Positions 26,380 through 39,639 of a stretch of DNA of 64,000 nucleotides are shown piece after piece. The position numbers and the translations under genes were made by a program. The DNA lies in NCBI GenBank assembly GCA_000934665.2, contig KZ538425.1, forward strand, positions 1-64,000. Direction: 5' to 3'. The DNA is from Catajapyx aquilonaris. Lineage: Eukaryota. Positions within the stretch are counted from its first letter, which is position 1. Each line of letters begins with the position of its first letter. A model generated the notes under the pieces. The model was given only the letters and a program-made list of their open reading frames with translations, was not told the origin of the DNA and did not search any database.

Positions 26380-27700
26380 CTAATAGGTTAAGCAAATAGG
26401 GTCTCTCTCTCTGTCCCCTTTCTAAGCACCAGTCTGCTCCTGTTGACCCTGGGTCGCATATGTGATCAGAACCTTGCCCTGAAGGGTCCTGCTCAATAAT
26501 CGGAGATCGATGCCCCTGATCAGCACCAGAACTAACTGGTGTAAGTAGTTACTCCATAGAGCGAAACAGCACGGGGATTCCCCGCACTGTCATTGTGCCA
26601 ATGCGCATGAGCAGCTCTATGCGCATGCGCTAATTGCAGCGTTTTATCCATATTTAAATTTTTAAAGCGGTGGATGGGTTTTGCGGAGGAAACGAGGTTC
26701 TCGCTCGCTATTATTTTGTGCATCCCTGTTTACAGCAGCAAGGCTCATGCAGACACGTCGTGAGGGCCCGGAGTAAACCGGGTTTTCTCCGGCGCTAATA
26801 GCCCAAAAAGGAAAGGCGTGATGGGCGGCGGCTCCCGCTTACAAAATGTTTCCTCCTCCCCCTTACAACCCTACTCTCAACTCACATTTGCCAGGGTCTA
26901 TTTGCTATGCGCGCAAACCCCCTGCACAATTAATGCATTTCAAGGGGATGGGGGGGGGGATGTATAAGGTAGGAAGGTTAAATAATACACGGGGCTACCT
27001 CAATTAGCGCGCTTCTAAGTTGGCAGATCTTGACGAGATTCCCTACAATGCGTGAAATGGCCTCTTGGGGAGGAAAGCAGCAGGGGGGGGAGGGGGGGCT
27101 TTTCCGGAAGATGTTTCCGGAGGAATTAGGCCTCTCTCTTTACCTCCCTTCATTGCCCCGGATTCTGCCAAAAGGCCCTCCCAGGAAGTAAATAAAGATG
27201 CTGCAATCCGCTCCGGGGAGAAAAGACCCTGAGGCTAGATTTTGGCGCCGTTCAGACACCCCCCTCCCAAACTCCGGGCTGATACCGATGTCATTCGGCG
27301 TCACCCACAATGCTCTTTCCCAAATGCAATTTTCGCCTCCACAATAGAAAGACAAAGAGGGGATCATGGTCCTTATTTACATTCCGCGTAAAAACTATTA
27401 CACGTAGCGTTGAGTCGGCCAAATTACATTTGAGGCCAAATGGCTTCCCCCACCCCCCGCCTCTCTCGTCCTTTTCCCCACCCAACCTCCCCCTTTTTTC
27501 CCTCCCTCTGTTGCCTTCGGCAGTTTCACCAAGTAAGGTTCATCAACTTGGTCTGCACCGCATACGGAACGTCCTATTGAAGTCGGCTCTCAAGTTTTAT
27601 CACTCTTCGGAATTAAAGGCCGCATTGCACACGTTTATATCTTAATTTGGACACAATCATAATCCGGTCTGCGGTTAACGGTCCAGTACAATGCTGGACA

Positions 27701-27855
27701 TTAATGGTGTCGTACTTGTGGCGCCACGAGCCGATGGCGGCAAAAGAGTGAATCGAAAGTTCATTCCAAGTGAAGGTGGCCATCCGGAGGCATCATCAAC
27801 TTTCGATTCGCTCTTTCGCCGCAATCGGCTCGTGGTGTCCAGCAGTGTACTACCA
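27701..27855. mobile_element. Foldback (palindromic) element, copy 1
   Basis: Outer arms CCACGAGCCGATGGCGGCAAAAGAGTGAATCGAAAGTT / AACTTTCGATTCGCTCTTTCGCCGCAATCGGCTCGTGG; homologous to 34617-34779. Confidence 0.75.
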
Positions 27856-30800
27856 ACCAGCGTACTCCTCCAAGGATGACCATGTTCAAGTCGAGCCCCT
27901 CTCAAAGTTCTTAATCAAGCGACGCTTCCTCTCCCTATTTCGGTCCTCGTCTCCGTGCGCTATACTTTACACTCTAAGCCGCAACTTGCAGTAATTGAAG
28001 CCCTCTCCTTGGCACACAAGGTGCAAGCAGTGTAGCATGACATGCTTTGTTTACCGACTATGCTGAACACTAATTAAGTTGGCATCCTGATAGAAAGTTG
28101 CCGCTTGTTCATAGATTCATGAAGAGAGGCATCTTAGACTTGATTAGGGAACATAAAGACCGAGTTAAGGGGTTGAGGTGGCGGGCAAAAGTCTCAAGCA
28201 AGGTGGTGATGGTGGGGTTCCCCCCCTCATGAGAATACCAGCTTCTTAATACCCGGATAAACCGCCTGGATTCGACCAAAAACCCGTGTCATCAATATGC
28301 CTCCAAGGTTGTCGCTCACAGGCGATGACTTTGTCGTCAATTTTACATTTCCATGTTTCCAAAAAAGAAAAGCGACAGAGAGAGAGAGGGTGAGAGCGAC
28401 AGAGTATATATCGTATACAAGGGGGGTGGAGGGTGGGGAACAAGCATGAATAATTCAGCAGAGTTGCCATCAATTAATAATTGCTTTCAAAGGTCATATT
28501 TTATTCAGGCCAGTTCCATTAAGATGGATGCGGGAGCCGGCAGATATATACCTGGCCGTGCTCTCGAAAGAGGGAAAGTGAAGAGGGCGTAAGTAAAAGG
28601 AGAGAAGAAGGAACAAGGTATAAGGGGGGGAAGGAAACTTGCAGGAGAGAGCTTCGGCTTGCTGCGTTGTTCACATTTAACGTTAGCCCTTGGTTGGCCT
28701 CAGGACTGCACGCGTGGCTTTACCAACTGCACATAATGTAGTAGGCTAAGTGGATTATGTGTCTGCTTCCAAACCGCAAACATCATTCCGGCCCCTTTAC
28801 AAAGCTACACAATGGCAATTAGGTTCTGCCCTAGGATCTAACGTGTACTTGTTCATAACAACGTGCTCATACTGGGTGGGGAGGTAAAATGAATTATGTT
28901 GAGAGGGTAGGAGGGTGCAGCACCCCCAATTTGGACGCAGATATCTCTTGAAAGCTCCCTGAAGTGACGTCATATACGTTAGAAAAACCTCCGCAGTCCG
29001 GCATATAAATCAAGAAAAAAAAAGGAGTCAGGTTTTCATATTCCTGAACGCTGCAGCTTATTCTTCCGGTATCACTGCTCACTTCTTCTACGTCTGATGT
29101 AAGATTGGGCCACGTAGCCTAAAACTCACATGGGTGCCATAAAAGCAGCGGACGAAGATTAAAAAAAAAGAGTGGAAACTTGTCAAGCACTATACGCTAC
29201 ACACATACCGCTCTCCCCGTCCCCCCAAAAAATGAGCGGACCACTGATCCAAAATGTTCTTGGTCATACAGGGTGAATCAAAACTGTGCAGTGACTTTAA
29301 AAAACGCTTTTCGATATATCCAATGATAGACACATCTCCCCCCCCCATCATACAACAGCAAGAGGGGTGAAAAAAATAAGGGACAAAAGTGGCATTAACT
29401 CGGAACCCAATAACGTTCGGGAATGGTTGCCATAACCTCGTTACCACTTGCCCGTGAGCGACTGTCGCTGACGAAGAGTGCTGTTGGTGCTACTTCTCCA
29501 GGACATCCTCCCCCCCCCCCNTAACCAACGACCAATCAAGGATCGCAAGCGGGGAGTGAGTGAGTGAGGAGATAGGGAGGGTTTTGTCCCCCTCCCTACT
29601 ATACATACACCCCCCACAGAATTTTTTTTCTCCCTCCTCTCTCTCTATATATATCCGGGACTTCTTTCCACTTAACCGGATAGCCCTGAGCGACAGACAC
29701 CGCATTAGCTAACCGTGTTGTATGACGATGTTCCTACCTCCAGGGCCAAACGGGGAGGACCCTTTTTTTTGCATGGGTTATCGGGACACAACCAGCAGGG
29801 CATAAGTTATACATATACAATTTTTTTTTCGGTGGCCCCACCACCCCTCTTCTTGCAAGTTAAATTTTCTAGTCGACCGACGATCATATCCAAGTGCTGT
29901 ATTTTCTGACAAAAATTTGCATGGCTTTTTTTTTTTCGGAGGGTGGTGCTCCCTTGTGACCTTTCCGTCACCGGGAAGGAAAAGAAACGATAGGCCCACC
30001 ATGCAGGGGGATCTTCTTCATTCTGGGGGCAGCGACATGGGAGATTAACTGAGGGGCACGTGACATACGTGAGCTGGGAAAAGAAGCGGACAAAAAGCAC
30101 GTTGTCTGAATGGCTAAACAATGCGGCGATCACGACGACGACTCCCCAAGACGCATTGGGGTCAATGCTGATATAATAATCTAACTCACTGGCATATTAA
30201 TTATTAGAGCATTCGCAATACGCCTGATAATAAAACAGGCATAATAATCCCTGGATATGCATAACGTGGTTGCTGCTATTATAGGCATAACATATATCAT
30301 TAACTGGTAAATTTTATACCAAATGATGTAGGTACCGATAATTTCATATTATTTTTTTTGAAAGTTTCTCTTAAGTAATCACAAACTTCTAATTGGCAGC
30401 AGCATCCCTTCTGGAATTTGGTCAACTTTTTCTTTCCCAACAAGAAGAGCATCTTTCCCCCTTATTCAGACACCCCCCACATCTTTTTCTTCCCAGGGCT
30501 TGAAAATGCCGTTTCTCTGTTCCGCATTAGCCGGATTCCAGCCGATTTTCCGCCAGATTTGTCAAATAATGTCACCAGCACATTGGAGTTCACTCAATTT
30601 AGCCTTCATTACGAATAGGTTATAAATTTGCCAAGATGCCCCGGCCCGTTAAGCTTCGACTAACTACTTTAGAGACTGTGGGGTTACTCTCAATTGGCAT
30701 CGCCGAGGGAGTTAAGAAAATTTGAATAAACCTTATTTAGACTTCGAGAATCGAGTTAAGACGGAGGTCCCATCGGGGCCTCGCTAACAAGGGCTAACGA

Positions 30801-32357
30801 GTCTGTAACGTGTAACCGCTACCTCACGGAAGAATTAGATATTGTGATGAAAGGGAAGCAGAATTAAGGGAGAAGACCTCCAACGCTTCTTCACTTTTTT
30901 TTTATTATTCCCCTTCTTTTCCCTTCGTGCTGTTGACATTTTTTGGGGGGAGAAAAAACAGACGCAATCTGTGTTATGTTCACGTTATTATCACATCATC
31001 ATCATCGATGTGTACCAAGGGGATGTGGTGTTCAAAAATATAAAAATAAATAACGTGCGTAATCACACAGGGAAACCATTGGGATTGGAAGGTGCAAACA
31101 ATTATCTGGAAACTGACCATCTGTGTAACTATCCCCCGCGGTGTGATTGCATTTATCCTAAACCGCGTTATGGCACCCAATAATTCCGCCGTTGCGCTGG
31201 TTGCATCAGCTCAAATTAAGTAGAAAAATCTCTGATTACCTATACATATACACTAGCTGGGAAATCATCCCAGAGGTGTGTCTGAATCATTACAAAACAC
31301 ACGTCTTTCCCCCATAATTTGTGTTTGTACAACAGGCTCTTACAAAATAACACCGAGGATACAAATTAACTTCCCTATATAAGGAATGGAGCTAGGAACT
31401 TCTAGACACACACACACACACAAAAAAAAGGACTCGGAGAAAAATACACGTAACATATAAAAGCTGCGGGTTTGGTAGTGTTGTTCGCCCTCACCGAGTC
31501 AGGACAGTTGCAGCGCGATATTTCGCCTGAAAATGCCCTGCTGGTCTCCACCTCCTTCCCCCACCTCCCCTCTCCAAGTCTCGACGCCCGCCGCGTAAAT
31601 CTTCCTTAATGAAACAAGGGGAGAAAATAAGCCCAACACCGACTCAAACAGAGGAAAGAATAAATTTACAGATGAGCCTAATATCCACAAAAGTTACAGA
31701 GATTACCGCGGGGCTTGTTTAATGCTTCCTTCTCCACTTTATTTCTTCCTCCTACCCCCTCCTTTTTCTTATTTGTTGCTCACGTCGTTTCCGTACAGAC
31801 GTCGCCATTTTTTTTTATCCCAGAGAATTTTTTGGGGGAGAGAAAGGTGATGTTGGGCAGTGGAAGGTCCAAGATATTGATGAGTTCTTAAACTTGGCAC
31901 AAACTATTCACTCAACATACCGCAGATTAGACTATAACCATACATAAATCAACAAATATTAGTTTAAAAAAAACTGGCCAATCACACAATTGCACTGTAC
32001 GTTTAGACACAGATTGGGGCATCACCTTTGCACAAAAGCCAGGCGCTGAATAATGCACTGCATGCAATATATGTTGCGGAGGGGCATTTAAATACCCGTC
32101 ACCTAATTTGAGAGCGGGAGATAAATAAAACTAAACGCAAACAAACCAATCAGCTTACATCATCAAAAATGTGCAAATAGTACTAAAAGCAAAATATTTA
32201 CACCGCGTCCGCATCATTTAAAAATTAAACGGGTGTAAACAACCGGCATGTAAACATCCCCAGATGGCCACAATGCCACCGATGCAAAGCAATACCAGAG
32301 GTGGAGTTACGTCACTATGTACGTGCAAATTGTCCTCGATCCTTTAAAAAAAATTTA

Positions 32358-32475
32358 CAGGGTGAGTCAGAACTTCAAGTCGTCCTTATAGTTGGCCTAA
32401 AAATGTGTATAGGTGTGATAAATGTCTAGACGGCCTTGCACCTTATCCTGATATATGCTGTTCCGATTCACCCTG
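32358..32475. mobile_element. 118-bp Tc1/mariner-type MITE with TA target-site duplication
   Basis: ta|CAGGGTGAGTCAGAAC ... GTTCCGATTCACCCTG|ta; 14/16 TIR match. Confidence 0.7.
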
Positions 32476-34616
32476 TACATGAAAGTTTGAGGAAAAGCAG
32501 CCAGTGACTGGGCAAATCCAGAGCCAATTCACTCTGGTTATGCGACGTTTACTCTGTGCCCTACGCCCTTCCAGTATAGATTACATTATCAGAGCGCATA
32601 GAAAAGGGGGGGTGGAAATAAAAGTGAGGAGGGCTCGGTCTGTGAGAACCGACCCCCCCAGGCCTTGATTAAACACTGGTCTGGCTCTGTTTTATTGTCT
32701 TTGGGGTGCAGGCAACAGTTGTGCAGCAGCAGGCCGTGGATGTGCGGATGAAGAGATGGAAAGTTGGGTTGGTGTGTATATGTACAAGACCGAAAAGGAT
32801 GGGGGAGGGGGCACCCAGGAAGAACAGGTCATGTGGTGTGGATTGGAGCAGTGGATATGGGAGGGGGGGGNGGTAAGCTAATTTCCTAGCCACTATTGAC
32901 AAATCCACTTGGAGCACGTTTACCCAGAACGACCGTCAATACACGGAGGAAGTGAAAATCTGGGCAGTCCGCGAAATAATAAAGCCGGGGATGTTTGCAT
33001 TGGCTGATTAATGATCAGGAGGAATGAGAGAGCTGGTTTGGGGGGGACGAGGAAGAGTTTGTGTTTGGTTCGGCCATCGGATGTTGGGGTGGATGGGAAT
33101 GCAAGCGTTTGGTTTTCTCTGCTCCGGTTATATTTGCACGGAGGAAACGAGAGAAAGCGGCTTCTGGCTCGGGGATTTTAAAAAAATCCTAAAGACCAGT
33201 TTCCGGGGCGGGTGTGCAGTATATATACGATTTTTTTTTTGTGCAGGATTTTCCCTACATATCATGGAAAACGAGCGGTAGCCCTAAAATCCGGGAGGGC
33301 CACCTGTTTCATTTGCACAGCCAGCTGCATGAGCACAGATCCTTGCGCTCTATTGGGTCTCACTTATGCAAAGACAACGGCCGAGGTATAATCCCCGTTT
33401 AACCCCACCTGATGAGCCTTTCAACGCGTCCCCCCTAACACCAATGGGGCAGACCTTACTAAAATGTAAAGCTCCCATAGCTAATCCGATGACTCGCATC
33501 GTTTGGAATCCACTTGTCACCCCACGGTCTGACCCGAAAATGACAAAGAAATTGGTTGAGGGGGGAGGGGGGTCACACACTTTCTGCAGAATTTTCCTCA
33601 CAGTTGAACTATCCAAAAATAATGATTTAAAATAAGGTTGAAGTCATTCAACAAGTTGTGCTAAAATTATGAAGCAAGGTTTCGCAAAGCAGCAAATAAT
33701 TACGCGCAAAATTCAATTGCGGACGTGTTTACGACGCCACAAATCACCGCAGGAAATCCTTCCGAGAGTGTCGTTCGAATTAACAGCCCGCGCCGATAAC
33801 TAACAAACCGAGCCTAAACATCTGAAGCATCCTCGCGGTGCCAGCTATTTATACAAGCCCTTACATTATTGCCTCCACTTAATTTTACTGCCACAGCAAA
33901 CTTTCAATCCGCTTTCGAAAAAACCAAGAAATATGGCCGGCAGATGAAACACTAGCACCCCCAGTATTTATTTATGTGCATAACTATTGCTTTTAAATGA
34001 GTGGCAAATTATCCGGTCGGGTCGACACATCTGGAAGCTTTTGAGGACAGGCGTGAGAAGAAAAAAAAAGGTTCTTAAAAGGAGGAAGAAGAAGGTGTCG
34101 ATTTTTCAAGCGGAGGAGGTCAGGGGTGCCCAGGGACGACATATTTATGAAGTGAGACGTGCGAGGGGCATGTGGTCTGGAAAAACAAGGACTGGAAAAA
34201 GCCGTACACAGCAAAGAGGACTTTTGCTGTTTCTTGACGAACGAGCTGACGACATCGCCGGCGCCCGACTCGCTGCTGGAAAATTTCCTGGAAATTGGCC
34301 AGCCCTTTTTTTGTGCCAGGGTTATGATTTTTCAATGGAGCAAAAAAATAAAGCGGTCACTGGCAGGCCATGGGTATAGTAATGCGATCTTCCTTTAGAA
34401 AGAAGGCAGAAGCCAGTAAGGGTCCGGACACAGGCTTCGGTTGAGGGCGTAACGAATGGGATTCGGGATTAGTTTAATTGCCGAATGTCCCCCATTCAAC
34501 CAGGCAGACTATTAAGCGACGCCATGCTTTTCCCCTTACGTCAACCTGGAAAACAACCCTGCTCTTGTCTCTTCTTCCGCAATTTTTTTACTATACTGTT
34601 GTCTGTATACAGTGCT

Positions 34617-34779
34617 TGGCGTCGTATTTGTGGCGCAACGAGCCATGGCGACAAAAGAGCGAATCGAAAGTTGCCCTCCGGATGACCACCTTCACTTTCG
34701 ATCAAGTGAAGGTGGTCATCCGGAGGCAACTTTCTTGTACCGACATCGGATCGTGCCGCCACAAGTACGACAACATTAA
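34617..34779. mobile_element. Foldback (palindromic) element, copy 2
   Basis: Inner stem GAAAGTTGCCCTCCGGATGACCACCTTCACTT-tcgatc-AAGTGAAGGTGGTCATCCGGAGGCAACTTTC; termini GTCGTATTTGTGGCG / CGCCACAAGTACGAC. Confidence 0.78.
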
Positions 34780-35289
34780 CTGTACGAGCTTGACAAGAAA
34801 ATATTGAAGCTACAACATAAGTGAGGAATTTTGGGACTTATATTTTCCACGGATATTTCCTCGAGCTGAAATCAGGCCATTAATCCAGTGGGGCTTAATT
34901 AGGGCGAAAGCAGACCAGTTTTTGGCAGGCGGCGGGGCGGTCACGAAGAACGTCGTCTCCGGCAACGAAAAACAAGCGTCGCCTGACCAAACCCCATTTT
35001 GAGGATGACTGAAGAGCCCCAGCTCTCCACTTGTCATGGCATTTCCGACGACTCTGACACTCTTCTTCCTCCACCAGCTATACACAGCCCCCTCCTCCCC
35101 CACCTCACTCTCTCTCTGCTGCTGCTGCTCTCTTCCCATCCGCTACCTTGAAATGGCTTTATTATGTTCGGATTTCGCTGCCATACTGCAGTATACCAAC
35201 AAGGGACTTTTCAACAGCAACAGATTAAGCCTATTTCCGGCTTGACAGGAGATGACAGCCGACGACGTTCCCGACGGACTATGCTGGGC

Positions 35290-35290
<1 letters not shown>

Positions 35291-35341
<51 letters not shown>
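35291..35341. repeat. (TC)n microsatellite
   Basis: About 25 perfect units. Confidence 0.97.
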
Positions 35342-35342
<1 letters not shown>

Positions 35343-38300
35343 GTTCTGTATTCTGTCAGCTATGGCGTCGTCGGCATCGACCACATCGAAATATGGCGTT
35401 CAAATCGTATTGTGAAGTTGGGAGGGTCGGGTCAGGACTACGGAACGGAGCGGTTGGATGCGGTCCAAACGCAGCATCCATCAAGCCAGTTGGATATATA
35501 TAGATGGAGACAGAGGCACGTTTTGTAGTCTGCTGACAACTACGGCTTTGAAAACATTGTTTTAAACTCATTTTATATAGTAATTTTCTGCCCCACCATG
35601 AGTGTTGAAGGGGTCAGGCCTACTTGGCAACAACAAGGGTCGCCATCTCACATGACCTCTGTTGCACTGTGTTCATTTCATGATTGCATGCGCCTATAGG
35701 AGTGGGGGTAGGAGAAAAGCGGCGCCGTTTTGGCAAAACGGGCCAAATTATTTATGCCTTAATACCTCTTCCCTCGTTCCCATGCAGCTGGTCGAAAACC
35801 CTTACCCAACTCGAAAATCCAAGACAAGGTTTAATTGTGGATATGGAGATAGATTGTTGGTTCAATGATGCATAGAAGCTTCCCACTCCCGCTAATGCTC
35901 ATATCCAGGATTCGAACCCCCTCACACATACTGTAGGTGTATGTTGGGGGGTTACACACACACCCACACACTAAACCCACCCCCACTCGTTCCCCCTCCC
36001 CCACCTATCCCTCTGCAGCGGTCACAGCAGTCAGGCTATCTATATGGTAATTTCGGCAGCGGTGTTGCTGCATTTTAATTCGGCCCCCATAGCGCGATAA
36101 TAGCAAATCGATAGCCCATGGGCCTCAGGTGACATATGGCCAGCTAGGCGGCGCCAGGGGAGAGCCCAAGGGCCAACAGTTGAGAGAGAAAAGAGAGGGG
36201 GAGAGAAGGAAGGAAGGAAAAAAAGAGATGAGCCATCACCCCCCACTTTGCCCAAGTTCCCCTTCTTCTTATTCCAGCATGCAAGCTAAAACTATTTCCA
36301 GCTTCCAGGAATTTCCAATTCGCCCAATAGTTATTGCAAACAGTTGGCAAACTCCTCCGCGGGGCTGAGATGCGGTCGTGCTTAGAAATGTTTAAGAGCT
36401 CGGGCCGTGTCTAAAGTGTATACATAATGCAGATTAGACAATGCAGCCCCATGACTCTTATAATGAGGGAATGATTGGGCCATATTTGTAGCCCCCCCCC
36501 CTCCCCTCCCCCCTTTCGCTTCCTTTGCAATTGAGACGCATCCGGCGAGTTTGAAATTAAGCTAAAGGCAATGCATTTCTAATACGCTGTGATAATTCCG
36601 GGCAAGGCCAGGGAGATTACTTTCCGCAGAAAACCTATTATTCCGGCCGCTTTCATTTGGGCTTCCGACGTTATATATGCAGCAGGCAGCCAAAAACGAG
36701 CTGGAGGCATATTTTTGCCACTGTCTCAAGTAACAAAAAAAAACGAACAGTAACGAGTTGAAATGCTAATTTTTTTTAAATGTATAGCTTATATGTGCCG
36801 GACAATATTCTTTCCCCCTTTAAATAAGTGGTGTTTTCAATGAAAAAAATGAGCCGGACGACACGTGTAAAACGACAATTTTTTTTGAGCAGTCAATGAC
36901 TCCAAATTACATGGCCGGAAGTGAAAAAATTAAGCCTGACCACATTGACAAGTCACGAAGTTCTACGAGTGTTATAATTAGACCACACCCTGTCGTACAG
37001 GTTGCATGAGACGTAACATGTAATCATGATCGGGACAGGATGGTGCGCACTGGCCAATTCTCTGAGAGTTTAGACCAGCAGAAGCAACAAATCCATGTCA
37101 ATCTGTCACAATGGTCATTTCCATCTCATTGTTTCCCAATCTGCCCCCCTCTTCCTATTCTCCCCTATATATTCAACCAGCAGGGTCTCAGCAGGCGATG
37201 TTACAACACCACTCTTTCTATCGTTCCCTTTCTGTCATCCCCCTTCTCTTTCCGATTCATCAAAGGACCGTTCGGATAAAAGGGCGTCATGTGGTCACCG
37301 CTGGCAAGGGATCATCAGCACCCCCTTCCACTTATCACCATCTGATCCTCAAGAATACTTCGAGAGTGATTGTATATGTCTGAGCACTTCAACTACACCC
37401 AAAAAAATGGGTGCTGCTGCCTGCCTGCTCCCCTGAGATAAGCTCGACCTTTCCTCCTCTTTTTTTTACTGTGGAGGTTTCCGGAGGACACTTCATGGGA
37501 CACGTGCCCCGGAACAAGCTCCCTTTCGGTCCGGATTTCCGAGTCGGGTGCCCAGGGGGGAAACAGATAACAACAACAACAAAAAAGAGGTGGGATGATT
37601 GTCACCCAGAGTGTTTCCGCTTGGGTTACGCAACCGCCACTGGGCCAAAATAAGTGTTAATAGTCTTACACTTGGGTGAACCCGGGGGTTGGGGAAAAGG
37701 ACTATGCCAACATGGTGCTTTCGGGGTGATAAGGTGCCCTGATGGACATCAACAATACGCCCGTTTATGCAGAACAAACAGTCGTTTTGCGCCTCAAATT
37801 ATGACACATTTGCGAATTTTAACATTAGGACAATATTCACACGACGTTGTCAATTAATGTTAATTATCAGACAATTGGCAATATACGTGCAGGCTCCTAA
37901 AGTTGCAGCCGAATGTAATGTGTGCCAATAAGTCTAAAAGAATGCACCGCCATAAATTCAGCAGGGAAAATGCGGCCTCCCCAGAACATTCGCTCTGGAC
38001 AGAAATAAACGTGCAACTTTTTGTATTTTCGCCTCCCACTCCCCTCCAACTCGAGGGGGGGAAAGAACCCAACCTGGCCAATCAAGCTAATCAGTCTGAG
38101 CAGCAAAACACTAATTGGGGTGTGACTCATAAAAACCACCTGTCACATCCAGCAGCAGTTTTGCTTCGGGGGGGGCCTTAAATGAGCGCCATCCGCACTC
38201 ACCCACGGTTATTCCCCTCATTCCCATCCAAACTATTCGCCCCCCTTCCAAAAAAAGGGGGGGGGGGCGAAAAAAAAGGTTGCCAGAATTCTAACACCAC

Positions 38301-39325
38301 GGGCGTGATATTCGTGAACAATTGGCCTCACACGTTTTCCCCTCCCCATTATATTGATACAGATTTCGGCTTTTACATGCGCATGAATGTCATTCAAAAA
38401 GCCATTACGGTTTCATGAGTGATACGGAGGATTATCCCAATTTGGAAGCCCTTTTGCGCGGAACGTAACGTGCAATTTAAGACCAGGAAAACTGCGATCA
38501 AGCCTTTCAATACTATTGGCCCACAAAAAAAAATAGCGGGGGGAGGTTATGAATGCAACTCTCTAGAGGAATCTAGGAAGTTACACACGAGAAAACCAAA
38601 CCCGCGAATTTACCGTGGTGTCCTGGGAGATCAGGAAAGAGTCGCGGATGACAGGTAACGATCATGATTCGCGTGATTGATCACTACTCTTGTCCATCAC
38701 CAGTACACCGCTAGCCCCCGAATTGTCTTCAGACGAGTTACGCCAAAAATCGGTCTGTTTCATTTCCCTCCCTTTCAACTAAAAAAAAAAATGAGCTTTT
38801 TCTTTGACATCATGATCATCAGCTGACCCAAATTCAGGTCGGTTCAAGATGGCGGGCACAGGGCGCCCCCGCAAGCAAGCAACTCGAGTGGCAGCCATTA
38901 GATCAAGTGGCGAGCATTGCATGCGAAACCTGACGAGGCTCGGTCATTAAAAGTGTATCAGCCCTCAGGAAAAAGGGGGGGATGGCGGGGAAAAGCAGGC
39001 AGGCTAGGCAGGCAGGCCATTAATGTAATTATGTCCTGCCAATATGTGGCATGACTTTCTGCTGGATCCAGAAGGGGGGGTATGGCCATGACTGCTGCAA
39101 AGATTACAACAAACCGGCGGCCATCGTTGTGTCCAGAAGATCGATTCTTTCCATGTACAGTTGCACATGGCTAACATTAGTAGCTATAACTAGTCATTTT
39201 GTGTAATAAGTTGTGGAGGATATCAGTAGATGGCTTCATTCCTGAATTCTATCGGCACGACATGACTATAGTGAACCCGTTGCCTATAATCCTATATAAT
39301 AGGCTATTTCTCTCCATCTGATATA

Positions 39326-39639
39326 CAGGGTGTTTCAACTTTTTTGTCCGAACAGTTATCGGAAAATTGCACGTAGCTGCTACTTTGTAAGCAGTGACTT
39401 GCAACCGTCGGAGGAATGGGGAATGGGGAAAAAGACATCCCATGGCATGTGTGACCCTCTTTTTTCCAGGCTTGACCCTCAATTTTCAGCGGGCAGCACG
39501 TCTGCCACTTCAACCTACGATTCGCAGGGAATATTCCCCGTTCCTCCGAAAAATCACCGTTTGCAAGTCACTGCTTACAAAGTAGCAGCTACGTGCATTT
39601 TTCCGATAATTGTTCGGACAAAAAAGTTGAAACACCCTG
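39326..39639. mobile_element. 314-bp Tc1/mariner-type MITE with long TIRs and TA target-site duplication
   Basis: ta|CAGGGTGTTTCAACTTTTTTGTCCGAACA.TTATCGGAAAA.TGCACGTAGCTGCTACTTTGTAAGCAGTGACTTGCAA and its reverse complement ending CACCCTG|ta; about 80-bp arms with few mismatches. Confidence 0.92.

Noticed and set aside
35905..35920. tRNA/SINE B-box-like GGTTCGAATCC on the minus strand
   Set aside because: No A box or cloverleaf nearby; not a tRNA.
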